DNA of 59,535 nt, counting the filler, from Nitrospinae bacterium RIFCSPLOWO2_12_FULL_45_22 (lineage in GTDB: Bacteria > 2-12-FULL-45-22): NCBI GenBank assembly GCA_001803565.1. It is 6 parts of 6 records of this genome, joined end to end, with 100 filler letters (N's around TTAATTAATTAA, not from the genome) between each part and the next. Parts side by side here need not be neighbours in the genome. Positions count along the whole stretch, not along the records: positions 29,913 to 37,823 come from MHDQ01000244.1; positions 37,924 to 43,491 come from MHDQ01000245.1; 4 more parts are not named here. The stretch is one strand, 5' to 3'. Below the pieces are notes generated by a model. That model made no database searches, had not been told where the DNA came from, and worked only from the letters and a program-made list of their open reading frames with translations. How positions within the stretch are numbered: the first letter of the stretch is position 1; every line of letters begins with the position of its first letter. The translations under genes were made by a program, and so were the position numbers. Positions 30,718 through 40,418 of this stretch are shown here, piece by piece.

Positions 30718-32217
30718 ATGCTGCGCTATGGTATGAATAACAAAATCAAACTATTTTTTTTGTGCCTGGGTTGCCTCTTCATTCTTAGTTTTAACGATAA
30801 AGCCTCTTGCGAAGAATACAAGCTGTTTACCGGTGTTGTTCATCTCGATTCCACCATTAGCGGCGGGAAATTACCTCCTGAGGAGATGGCCAGGATTGCC
30901 CATGATGCCGGGGTAGAAATTGCCATCTTTACCGACCATGATACCATGCGATGGGAATATGGCATACCACCGCTCAGAAAATTTATCAGAAAGGTTGTAG
31001 AAAAAGGCTCCATTCATAATTACGGTGAGGCAAACTATATCAATACGATCTCCGGATTAAATCAAAAGTATCCTGATATGCTGATTATGCATGGGGCGGA
31101 GGCAATTCCATTTTATTGGTGGAAAGGAAGCTACTTTACTAAGGATTTGGAGATGATGGATGGGCACAAGCACATTCTGGTAATGGGATTGAATAACGTC
31201 TCAGATTATGAAAACCTCCCTTCGATTGGGAAGGGTTATTCCAGGGAGTTTGCATTTGATACCTTGGTCAGCCTCTGGCCTCTCTGTTTTTTTGTCTTTG
31301 GCTGGCTTCTGTTTTCGTCGGCAAGGGAAGGTGGTATTGCTACGTTGCTAAAAATTGCAAGTACGATTTGCCTCCTGCTGGGGATAATTTTTACGCTAAA
31401 CAATTTTCCCTTCGCATCGCCCCGGTATGATCAATATCATGGCGATCGTGGAATAGCGCCGTATCAGACGGTCATTGACTACGTCAACTCGCGAGGTGGC
31501 GTGACTTTTTGGGCACATCCCGAAGTAGAAGATGTGAATAAAGAAGCAGGTGGGGTTAAACTTATTACGAAGCCTTACCATGAAGACCTGTTTAAAGTGC
31601 GGAATTATACAGGTTTCTCAGTATTTGCAGAAGGGATTAAGTTCATGGCTCCACCGGGTGGTGTATGGGATCAAATCCTCGCTCAATACTGCAAAGGGGA
31701 ACGTGAACGACCCGTCTGGGCTATCGGGGAAGTGGACTTTGGGGATGAAGACACATTTTCTATCAAGGACTCACAAACCATATTTCTGTTAAAAGAAAAG
31801 AACGAAAAAGCCGTAATCGAGGCGCTTAAGGCTGGCCGTGTCTATGCCCTTCATTTATACACCGAAAAGACCCCGACCTTAATCCTGGATACATTTATAA
31901 TCGAAGATACTACCCAACCCGCTAAGGCTTACATGGGAGAGGAATTAGAAACGGATAAAAATCCACGGCTAAAGATTCACGTGTCCCTTCCAGAAATGGC
32001 GAAGGACGTAAAATATAGAGTAGACATTATTAGAAACGGAGAGGTGATACATCGGTTTGAATCTACCGGAAATACGGAGATGACCTATGAAGACAAATAC
32101 GTCAAACCAGGCGAAAAGATTTATTACCGACTGGATATCGACGGACCTTCGCGCATCCTGTCCAATCCAATATTCGTGAAATTTGGTTCACCTTCCGGGA
32201 ACACGAAGGGAGAATGA
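30718..32217 (+). CDS. Membrane-anchored PHP-like metallohydrolase
   Basis: Signal-like N-terminus, VHLDS, FTDHD, AHP motifs, two internal TM helices. Confidence 0.7.
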   Translation: MLRYGMNNKIKLFFLCLGCLFILSFNDKASCEEYKLFTGVVHLDSTISGGKLPPEEMARIAHDAGVEIAIFTDHDTMRWEYGIPPLRKFIRKVVEKGSIHNYGEANYINTISGLNQKYPDMLIMHGAEAIPFYWWKGSYFTKDLEMMDGHKHILVMGLNNVSDYENLPSIGKGYSREFAFDTLVSLWPLCFFVFGWLLFSSAREGGIATLLKIASTICLLLGIIFTLNNFPFASPRYDQYHGDRGIAPYQTVIDYVNSRGGVTFWAHPEVEDVNKEAGGVKLITKPYHEDLFKVRNYTGFSVFAEGIKFMAPPGGVWDQILAQYCKGERERPVWAIGEVDFGDEDTFSIKDSQTIFLLKEKNEKAVIEALKAGRVYALHLYTEKTPTLILDTFIIEDTTQPAKAYMGEELETDKNPRLKIHVSLPEMAKDVKYRVDIIRNGEVIHRFESTGNTEMTYEDKYVKPGEKIYYRLDIDGPSRILSNPIFVKFGSPSGNTKGE

Positions 32218-33410
32218 GCAATTATAAATCTGCAGAAAAGATCAGGGTATTGCACGTAATTACACGCCTTGAAAGGGGTGGCGCACCGGCCGTCCTTCTT
32301 GAAGTGTTGCGACGCTGTGATACTTCACAGTTTGAACATCATATCGCGACAGGATTGTCGCAAGTGCCTGACGATGATATGATTTCATTCGCAAAAGATA
32401 CAGGTTTCAGAGTAGTGGTTATTCCTTCCCTTATTCGAGATATCCACCCGTTTTTAGATATATATGCACTTTCAAAACTTTATTTTTTGATTCTCCGGGG
32501 CAGATATGATATTGTTCACTGTCATACATCGAAAGGTGGTTTTCTTGGCCGTTTGGCGGCACGGCTGGCAAAGGTAAGGGTCATTATTTATTCCCCCCAC
32601 GGTGATATCTTTGAAGGGTACTTTGGGAAGATAAAAACCTGTTTATTTACAGGGCTCGAAAGATTTTCTGCCAGGTTCACAGACAAAATTATTACGTTGA
32701 CAAAAAGCGGCATCGAGCCTTACATAAGGGCTGGAATTGGCCAAAAACCTCAGTTTGATTATATTTACAACGGAATTGACGTTGAAAGCTTTGAGAAAAG
32801 AAAGGTCGATAGGATACAGAAACGACAGGAAATCGGGGTTGAAAACGATTGTTTTCTGGTTGTAACGGCAGGCAGACTCGTGCCCGTAAAAGGACATACC
32901 TATTTGATTACGGCCTTTGCTCAGGTAATTACAGAGATACCAAATATACGGTTGGTTTTCCTCGGCGATGGGGAACTGAGAGGAGAACTTTCAGAACAGG
33001 TAAAAACCCTTGGATTGGAAAAACATGTATTATTTCTGGGAATGCGCAGCGATGTCCCGGAAATCATCTCATGCAGCGACCTGTTCGTCCTGCCCTCCGT
33101 CAACGAGGGATTTGGTGTCGTATTGTTAGAGGCGATGGTCATGAAATGTCCCATCGTTGCGACGAATGTGGGTGGTGTGCCTGAGGTCGTTCTGGATGGA
33201 GAAACAGGAATACTCGTACCATTAAAAGACCCTGTCCAATTAGCCGGAGGCATTATTCAACTCTTAAAAGATACCTCTCTTGCTAAACAGATGGCCGAAT
33301 GTGGATACCAACGATTGAAGGCGTGTTTTGATATCAGAGAAACGGTATCAAAAACAGAACAGTTGTATAAGGAATTGTTAGAAAGGAAATTGTGTGGAGA
33401 TGTCAATTAA
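32214..33410 (+). CDS. GT4 glycosyltransferase
   Basis: VLHVITRL..GGA, HCHTSK, GRLVPVKGH, EGFGVVLLEA. Confidence 0.9.
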   Translation: MSNYKSAEKIRVLHVITRLERGGAPAVLLEVLRRCDTSQFEHHIATGLSQVPDDDMISFAKDTGFRVVVIPSLIRDIHPFLDIYALSKLYFLILRGRYDIVHCHTSKGGFLGRLAARLAKVRVIIYSPHGDIFEGYFGKIKTCLFTGLERFSARFTDKIITLTKSGIEPYIRAGIGQKPQFDYIYNGIDVESFEKRKVDRIQKRQEIGVENDCFLVVTAGRLVPVKGHTYLITAFAQVITEIPNIRLVFLGDGELRGELSEQVKTLGLEKHVLFLGMRSDVPEIISCSDLFVLPSVNEGFGVVLLEAMVMKCPIVATNVGGVPEVVLDGETGILVPLKDPVQLAGGIIQLLKDTSLAKQMAECGYQRLKACFDIRETVSKTEQLYKELLERKLCGDVN

Positions 33411-34597
33411 AGAAAACTTAGAGCAAGTAAAACAGAACATTGCTAATGCAGCCGTGAAAGCAGGTAAAAGGCCGGAAGACATTGTCCTGGTTATGGCAAC
33501 CAAGACGGTGGATACTGAACGAATACGCGAAGCCATTAAGGTAGGCGGCCGTATCATCGGAGAAAACAAGATTCAGGAGGCGCTGAAAAAATATGAGGCG
33601 CTAAAGGACGAGGGAGCGGAATGGCATTTCATCGGACACCTGCAGACGAACAAGGTCAAGGACGTGTTGAAATTCGCAGACATGATTCACTCTGTGGATC
33701 GTCTATCTCTGGTAGAAAAGTTAGACCAGCGGCTCCAGCAGGAGGGACGCTCCATGGATATTCTGGTACAGGTCAACACCTCTCATGAGGAAAGCAAGTA
33801 TGGTGTCTCGCCCGAAGAGGCGATTCCTTTGGTCAGGCAGACAGCCAAATACGACACATTAAAGATATATGGGCTTATGACCATTGGCCTCTTTACGAAG
33901 GACGAAGTAAAGATTCGAAAGTGTTTTAAGGTGCTAAAAGAAATAAACGACAACATTATCAAAGAGGGCATCGATAGGGTACAGATGAAATATCTCTCTA
34001 TGGGCATGTCGGGAGATTACCAGATAGCGATTGAGGAAGGTGCAAACATGGTGCGCATCGGTACGGCGATCTTTGGCGCCCGTAATACCCCCGACGCCTA
34101 TTACTGGCCTTCAGAGAAAACCGATGCGGACCGGGCTAAGCCAGCAGATAAGAAGGTTGAAAACAGCACTGGAATAGCAGCGGGTAGAAATGTAAACATT
34201 GGTAATGTTAGCGGTCAGGTTGCAATAGGGAAAAATATTATACAAACCCAATCTATAGGGCAAGTCGATCTTGAAGAGCTCAGGAAGAGCCTTCTTGACT
34301 TCCAAAAGAGGATAGCTAATCTCGGTCTTTCCTCTGAAGACCAAAGTATTATTAACGGTGATATAAACGCTGCCATCAAAGAAGCTAATAAGGAAAAGCC
34401 TGTTCTGTTAAAAATTAAAGAGAGGTTTGAAAGCAGCGTTAATACTATTAAAGAAGCGGGCAAGACAATAAAGGATATTTCAGAACTTTATGAAACAGCA
34501 ACAAAAATAGCAAAATTAGTTGGCATAGGTCTNNNNNNNNNNNNNNNNNNNNNNNNNNGCAAAATTAGTTGGCATAGGTCTCTCATTCCTGTTCTAA
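33400..34597 (+). CDS. yggS: YggS/PLPBP fused to an amyloid-like motif plus ~95-aa helical domain
   Basis: ATKT, GENKIQE, HFIGHLQTNK, LSMGMSGDY, VRIGTAIFG. The 34533-34558 gap has duplicated flanks (gcaaaattagttggcataggtct); collapsing them gives the end ...KIAKLVGIGLSFLF* at 34597. Confidence 0.82.
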
Positions 34598-34612
34598 GTA
34601 AAGGATATTAAA

Positions 34613-37255
34613 ATGACACCGGGTGAGTTTTCCGTTCCTAAAATACAGGTAAGCGGGGATTTTAAACTTGGAGATGTCTCTGGACAGGCGGCTATTGGTG
34701 AAAATATCACACAAACCGTTTATAAAGATTGTACTTTTATTCTTCCGGATGGTTCAAACGTACACGGCAAATCATGGCTCTATACTCAAGGTATCAGACC
34801 CACTACCGATCCAACTAATATATTCGGCAGAGAGCGGGAACTGGACAAAATTGACGAGTTTTTCAAAGATATCCCAGCTCTGGTTATCACAGGTTACAGA
34901 GGTACTGGAAAATCTACTCTAGCAAGCATGTATTTAGATAGATTGGGGAAAAGGGGCACATTTGTTGGTATGTATTGGCGGAAAGTAGATGAAACCATTG
35001 ATATTAGCGACGTGGTGGGCGGTTTTTTGACAGTTGTAGGCAAGCCAATTAAAGACCTTGGGCAATATAAAATTGGAGATCAGCTTAATTTACTCTTTCG
35101 AGAGCTAAATGCAGCACCTTACTTTTTAGTACTCGACAATTTCGAGATCGTCCTTGACTCCCAGACGAATGTATCCCAGAAGCCTGGTTTTTCAGAATTG
35201 ATCGAGAAGGCAAACGAGAGTGCTGGTAGAAGTCGAGTTCTATTTACAAGCTGGGAATACCCTGCAAGTGAACGCGGAATCAGGCCGAAATGCTACCCTA
35301 TTGGTGGCATTGATGAGGCCGCAGCCATCCAGCTTTTAAGGAAAAGTGGTTTAACTGAGCATGATAATGAGCTTAAAAAAGTTATAGAGCTTTCTGGCGG
35401 TCACCCTCTCGCCCTTATTCTTTTGGTGCAGATTGTCAAAGAAGGGGCGGAAACGCTTTCGAGCATCCTGGATGATAATACTTTGTGGCTTGGAGAAAAA
35501 GGCGAAGTGGCAGAAAGAATCCTGGATAAGGTTTATACAGAAAGGTTAAACACGGAAGAATGTAGGCTGCTCCAGTATCTATCATTGCTTAGAGAACCAT
35601 TACCAACAAGGGCAATAGCCACCATTGCGAATGATCCTGGCTGGACCGATATTTTTATTAAAAAGATAGCATCAAACCTTATCAGGAAATCTTTGTTGCA
35701 AAAAACAGGAGAAAATTACTGGGAAGAGTCTTTAATACAAAACTATATGTACATCAAGATGTTTGACAAAGCGAAACGTCATGGATTTGCTTATCAATAC
35801 TATCTTTCCCTTCCAATGCCCAAAAAACGTACAAACAAGGAAGATTTGCGCTTCTTAATAGAAGCATATTATCATGCATGTATGGCCAAAGAATATGATA
35901 AAGCAGCAAGTATTATCCTCGACTATAATCTGCACGAAAATTTGGAGAGATTTGGAGAGTATAGGACACTTGTTGAAATTTACCATAAAATTCTGCCAAA
36001 AGATCCGTTAAGAGAGACTCCTCTAATAAGCAACATACAAACCCATTGTTCTATCCTTGGAAACCTCGGTGTTGCATACAGCACTTTAAGCCAAGAAAGG
36101 ATTGCTATTGAGTACTATGAAAAAGCTTTAGAGATTTCTCAAAAAGTTGGTGACAAACACAATGAGAGTGCGTCGTTTGGGAATCTTGGCCGTGCACATA
36201 TACTTTTAGGCAGGCCAAAGGATGGTATTATTTATTATGAAAAAGCACTTGAGATTGCTCGGCAAATAGGGGATAGAAAAGCAGAAGGTATAAGGATTGG
36301 GAATATAGGTAATGCTTATAGTGATTTAGGAGAAAAAAGAACAGCTATCGAGTATTATGAAAAGGCCATGAAGATTGCTCAAGAAATTGGAGAAATAAGG
36401 AATCAAGGTGTGTGGCTGGGAAATATTGGCAATGCTTACAGTATTTTAGGAGAACAAAGAAAGGCTATCGAGTGTTATGGAAAAGCGAAAGAAATTGCTT
36501 TACAAATAGGAGATAAACAAAGTGAATGTGCATGGCTCGGAGGTCTTGGTAATGCTTATAATAATTTAGGAGAGACGGAAGCGGCTATAGAGTATTTCAA
36601 AAAGGCTTTAGAGATTGCACAGAAAATTGGTGACAAACGTAACGAGGGTGGGTTGTCTGGAAATATTGGTTGTGCTTGCTACGCACTACGTGATATAAAA
36701 AATGCTATTACATATTTTGAAAATGCGTTAAATATTGCACAAGAAATTGTGGATAAACTAGGAGAATTAACGTGGCTCGGAAACATTGGCAATGTCTATC
36801 GCACTATGGGTAAAAGACTAGAAGCTGTTAAGTATTACGAGAGAGCCGTTAAAATTGCTAAAGAAATTGGAGATAGACGTGGTGAAGGTACATGGCTTGG
36901 GGGTCTTGGTAATGCTTATCGTGATCTAGGAGAGATGGGAAAGACTTTCGAGTACTATGCAAAAGCCTTGAAAATTGCCCATGAAATTGGTGACAGAGGA
37001 AATGAAGGCGTATGGTTTAATAATCTAGGCAATATCTTCAGGGATAAAAAAAAATACAAGGAGGCGCTGTCGTTTTACCTACTTGCTAAAGATATATTCA
37101 CTCAGATAGAAGACCCAGATATTGAAACAACTGAATCAAGCCTCAAAAATCTTAAAGAAGAACTCGGAGAAAAAGAGTTTGAACAACTTGAAGCTGAAGT
37201 GGGACCAAAAAAAGAAGAGATTATAAAAAAAATGTTGAAAGAAATTGATGAATAA
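34613..37255 (+). CDS. NLR-like STAND (NB-ARC) ATPase with C-terminal 40-aa TPR repeats and a short N-terminal amyloid-like motif
   Basis: Walker A GYRGTGKS, Walker B LVLDNFE, GHPLAL; about nine LGNIG.AY..LG...AIEYYEKAL.IA..IGD repeats. Confidence 0.9.
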   Translation: MTPGEFSVPKIQVSGDFKLGDVSGQAAIGENITQTVYKDCTFILPDGSNVHGKSWLYTQGIRPTTDPTNIFGRERELDKIDEFFKDIPALVITGYRGTGKSTLASMYLDRLGKRGTFVGMYWRKVDETIDISDVVGGFLTVVGKPIKDLGQYKIGDQLNLLFRELNAAPYFLVLDNFEIVLDSQTNVSQKPGFSELIEKANESAGRSRVLFTSWEYPASERGIRPKCYPIGGIDEAAAIQLLRKSGLTEHDNELKKVIELSGGHPLALILLVQIVKEGAETLSSILDDNTLWLGEKGEVAERILDKVYTERLNTEECRLLQYLSLLREPLPTRAIATIANDPGWTDIFIKKIASNLIRKSLLQKTGENYWEESLIQNYMYIKMFDKAKRHGFAYQYYLSLPMPKKRTNKEDLRFLIEAYYHACMAKEYDKAASIILDYNLHENLERFGEYRTLVEIYHKILPKDPLRETPLISNIQTHCSILGNLGVAYSTLSQERIAIEYYEKALEISQKVGDKHNESASFGNLGRAHILLGRPKDGIIYYEKALEIARQIGDRKAEGIRIGNIGNAYSDLGEKRTAIEYYEKAMKIAQEIGEIRNQGVWLGNIGNAYSILGEQRKAIECYGKAKEIALQIGDKQSECAWLGGLGNAYNNLGETEAAIEYFKKALEIAQKIGDKRNEGGLSGNIGCACYALRDIKNAITYFENALNIAQEIVDKLGELTWLGNIGNVYRTMGKRLEAVKYYERAVKIAKEIGDRRGEGTWLGGLGNAYRDLGEMGKTFEYYAKALKIAHEIGDRGNEGVWFNNLGNIFRDKKKYKEALSFYLLAKDIFTQIEDPDIETTESSLKNLKEELGEKEFEQLEAEVGPKKEEIIKKMLKEIDE

Positions 37256-37358
37256 CCAACCGTCTCGTAAAAAGAACATAAGAAATGATGCTGGCATCAC
37301 AGCTAATGGTAATGTCTCTTTTGGAGATATTTCAGGGTAGCTTGCTATTGCACAGCAC
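37248..37358 (+). pseudogene. Disrupted remnant carrying a third copy of the shared motif
   Basis: ATG overlaps the NLR stop; MNNQPSRKKNIRNDAGITANGNVSFGDISG*LAIAQ, with TAG (37338-37340) where the other two copies have CAG (Q). Confidence 0.7.
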
Positions 37359-37434
37359 AAGTATGGTGGGTTAAGTAAGGTGACTCCATCATTAATTTCG
37401 TTAATGATACTCCGCTTTACTCAATTTTATATGT

Positions 37435-37823
37435 TTATGCCCTTAGCAGTAAGGCATGTGCGCAAAGACCCGCGCCAAAGGCGACCATCACGCACCAATC
37501 GCCAGTCTTCATGCCGCCATTATTCAAAATCTCCTGCAAAACAAAATACACCGTCGGCGATGACATATTCCCGTATTTAGCCAACACATTACGAGTAGCC
37601 TTAATGTGCGACTCAGGAAGACGCAATTCATCCCTTATTGCATTAATCACCTTTTCGCCTCCAGGGTGAAATGCCCAGTGGCTTATATCCCTGGTTCCCA
37701 ATCCCGCAGATTCCAGAAGGTCATTAACCACGGTGGCAACCGCCTTGCTTGCCACCGCAGGTAATGATATTGATAGTTGGTTGTGAAGCTGTCCATTTTT
37801 ATATACATACCTTATATCTTCAC
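37435..37823 (-). CDS. Type III polyketide synthase, C-terminal part (cut by contig end)
   Basis: HPGG, YGNMSS, AFGAGL. Confidence 0.88.
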
Positions 37824-37923
37824 NNNNNNNNNNNNNNNNNNNNNNNNNNNNNNNNNNNNNNNNNNNNTTAATTAATTAANNNNNNNNNNNNNNNNNNNNN
37901 NNNNNNNNNNNNNNNNNNNNNNN

Positions 37924-38486
37924 CAACGCCGTTCGAAAGATGCATACATCAAATGGCTCACCGATATGAAATTAGGGGCTGCCGATTGGATGAAAGATGT
38001 CCTGGAAGCTAATTATGCCTGTGCACGAGATCCCAAGGCTGCGTGGATACCTGTAGACGCACCAGCCTGTGAGATAAAGGGAACAATGTCACCAGGTGTT
38101 AATGAGCAACAAGTTCCGACTATTTCAGTAGCAGAAGTCAAACGCCGTATCAAGGGTAATCTGGTAGACGGTACAGTAATACTGGACGTTAGAGAACCCG
38201 CGGAACTGAAGGGCGAGTTGGGCGTTATTCCCGGTGTCGTACACATACCTGTCGGACAAATATCGCAGCGGTTATCCGAATTAGAAAAATACAGAGAGAA
38301 GGAATTTATTACCGTATGCCGCAGCGGAGGCCGCGCGCATACTGCAGCGGCTATTTTACTGCAGGCAGGGTTCAGAAAGGTCTTCAATATGGCCGGCGGN
38401 NNNNNNNNNNNNNGCAGGCAGGGTTCAGAAAGGTCTTCAATATGGCCGGCGGCATGAAAGCCTTTCAGGAAGCAGAAAAATCGTAG
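37924..38486 (+). CDS. C-terminal part of an MBL-fold persulfide dioxygenase-rhodanese fusion
   Basis: ETHE1-like tail (..LEANYAC), LDVRE, CRSGGR; the 38400-38413 gap has duplicated flanks, and collapsing gives ...NMAGGMKAFQEAEKS*. Confidence 0.72.
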
Positions 38487-38566
38487 CAATTTAGTTTTTT
38501 GAAAAATTAAACACTGTTAAGAGCATACTGTTTGTCGCTACTATATAAACTTAACCGGGGAAGGCT

Positions 38567-39430
38567 TTGAGAAGGAAAAAATTAACAAAAAAAATTATTA
38601 AAAAAGGCAAATATTTTTTTAGGAGATATACCTGTCATTTGAGGATATTGCCTGATTTTCTTATAGTCGGAGCCCAAAAATGTGGAACAAGCTCTCTTTA
38701 CAGGAACTTGGTCAGACATCCGTCAATTGTTCCCGCATTCGTTAAAGAAGTGCATTTTTTTGATAATAGCCGTAATTACTTTCAAAAAGGAGTCGGGTGG
38801 TACAAGGCTCATTTCCCTTCTTTACTGTATAAATACTATATTACGCATATCTGTAAAAATGATTTTATCACCGGAGAGGCAAGTCCATTTTACCTATTTC
38901 ATCCGCATGCGCTTAGGAGAATATCAGAACTGCTACCGGAAGTTAAGATAATCGTCATTTTAAGAAACCCTGTTGACAGGGCTTATTCTCACTACCACCA
39001 TGAAGTCGAAAAGGGGCGTGAAACACTATCTTTCGAAGACGCCGTAAGAATGGAAGAAGAGAGGCTCCGCGGGGAATTTGATAAACTTATGGCAGACGAG
39101 AAGTACACAAGCCTGAATTACAGTTGTTATGCATACCTTTTGCGGGGAATATATGTTGACCAGCTAAAACGTGTGTACAGCTACTTTGAAAAGAGCCAGG
39201 TCCTTATTTTGAAGAGTGAGGATTTTTTTAAAGATTCACAATCCACTATTGATAAAGTATTTCAATTCTTAGGCTTGCCTGGATGGCAGATGGAGCATTT
39301 CAAAAAGGCCAATGTCGGTTCTTATCAAAAAATGAATAGCGCCACAAGAAATCGGTTGCTCAATTATTTTGAGCCTCATAACCACAAGCTCTATGAATAT
39401 CTGGGCATTAATTTTGGCTGGGATAAATAG
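38567..39430 (+). CDS. PAPS-dependent sulfotransferase (heparan-sulfate sulfotransferase-like)
   Basis: 5'-PSB GAQKCGTSSL, KEVHFF, GEASP, 3'-PB RNPVDRAYSHY. Confidence 0.9.
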   Translation: MRRKKLTKKIIKKGKYFFRRYTCHLRILPDFLIVGAQKCGTSSLYRNLVRHPSIVPAFVKEVHFFDNSRNYFQKGVGWYKAHFPSLLYKYYITHICKNDFITGEASPFYLFHPHALRRISELLPEVKIIVILRNPVDRAYSHYHHEVEKGRETLSFEDAVRMEEERLRGEFDKLMADEKYTSLNYSCYAYLLRGIYVDQLKRVYSYFEKSQVLILKSEDFFKDSQSTIDKVFQFLGLPGWQMEHFKKANVGSYQKMNSATRNRLLNYFEPHNHKLYEYLGINFGWDK

Positions 39431-39510
39431 CAAACCGACCATGTTAAAATTCAGGCAGCGATTTTTTCGCCATTCTTTTTAATTTTATTTTAAATTTAAC
39501 AGGAGAAGGT

Positions 39511-40380
39511 ATGACAGGTGGAAAAACCAAAAAAAATTTTATTAAAAAAAGCAGATTTCTTTACAGACTATCAACCTGCCATTTGAGGATATTGCCTGAT
39601 TTTCTCATAGTCGGAGCTCAAAAATGTGGGACAACTTCTCTTTACAGGAATTTGGTCAAACATCCATCAATTGTCCCCGCATTCGTTAAAGAGGTACATT
39701 ATTTTAATAATAGCCGTAATTACTTTCAAAAAGGCTTAGGCTGGTATAAGGCGCACTTCCCTACTTTACTGTATAAATATTATCGCAAACATATAGGTAA
39801 AAATGATTTTCTCACCGGCGAGGCAAGTCCATTTTACATGTTTCATCCGCATGCACCCAGAAGAATTTCAGAACTGCTACCGGAAGTTAAATTAATCGTC
39901 ATTTTAAGAAACCCTGTTGACAGGGCTTATTCTCATTATTACCATGAAGTCGAAAGGGGACGTGAACGTGAAACAGTATCTTTCGAAGACGCTATAAGAA
40001 TGGAAGAAGAGAGGCTTTGCGGGGAATTTGATAAACTAATGGCAGACGAGAAGTACACAAGCTGGCATTACAATCATAATTCATACCTTTTGCGGGGAAT
40101 ATATGTTGACCAACTAAAGCGTGTGTACAGCTACTTTGACAAGAGCCAGATACTTATTTTGAAGAGTGAGGATTTTTTTAAAGACTCACAATCCACCATT
40201 GATAAAGTATTGCAATTCTTATGCTTGCCTGAGTGGCAACTGAAGGATTTCACAAAGGACAACGTAGGTTCTTATCAAAAAATGGATCCCGCGACAAGAA
40301 GCCGATTGCTCGATTATTTTAAACCTCACAATCAAAGACTGTATGATTACCTGGGTATCAACTTTGGATGGGAAAAATAA
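39511..40380 (+). CDS. PAPS-dependent sulfotransferase, tandem paralog
   Basis: Same motifs; long identical DNA stretches shared with 38567-39430. Confidence 0.9.
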   Translation: MTGGKTKKNFIKKSRFLYRLSTCHLRILPDFLIVGAQKCGTTSLYRNLVKHPSIVPAFVKEVHYFNNSRNYFQKGLGWYKAHFPTLLYKYYRKHIGKNDFLTGEASPFYMFHPHAPRRISELLPEVKLIVILRNPVDRAYSHYYHEVERGRERETVSFEDAIRMEEERLCGEFDKLMADEKYTSWHYNHNSYLLRGIYVDQLKRVYSYFDKSQILILKSEDFFKDSQSTIDKVLQFLCLPEWQLKDFTKDNVGSYQKMDPATRSRLLDYFKPHNQRLYDYLGINFGWEK

Positions 40381-40418
40381 AAATTCAATGAAGTGCATCG
40401 TGCCATTGGTTATAAGAC

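Noticed and set aside
34510-34611. Direct repeat and apparent frameshift at the end of the YggS fusion
   Set aside because: Identical sequence on both sides of an N gap is an unmerged scaffold overlap; collapsing it gives a clean stop at 34597.
36040-37120. 120-bp periodic repeats as a CRISPR array or DGR
   Set aside because: They are coding TPR units. No repeat-spacer structure, cas gene or reverse transcriptase is in the window.
38361-38457. 39-bp direct repeat in the rhodanese gene
   Set aside because: Same artefact: duplicated flanks around the 38400-38413 gap.
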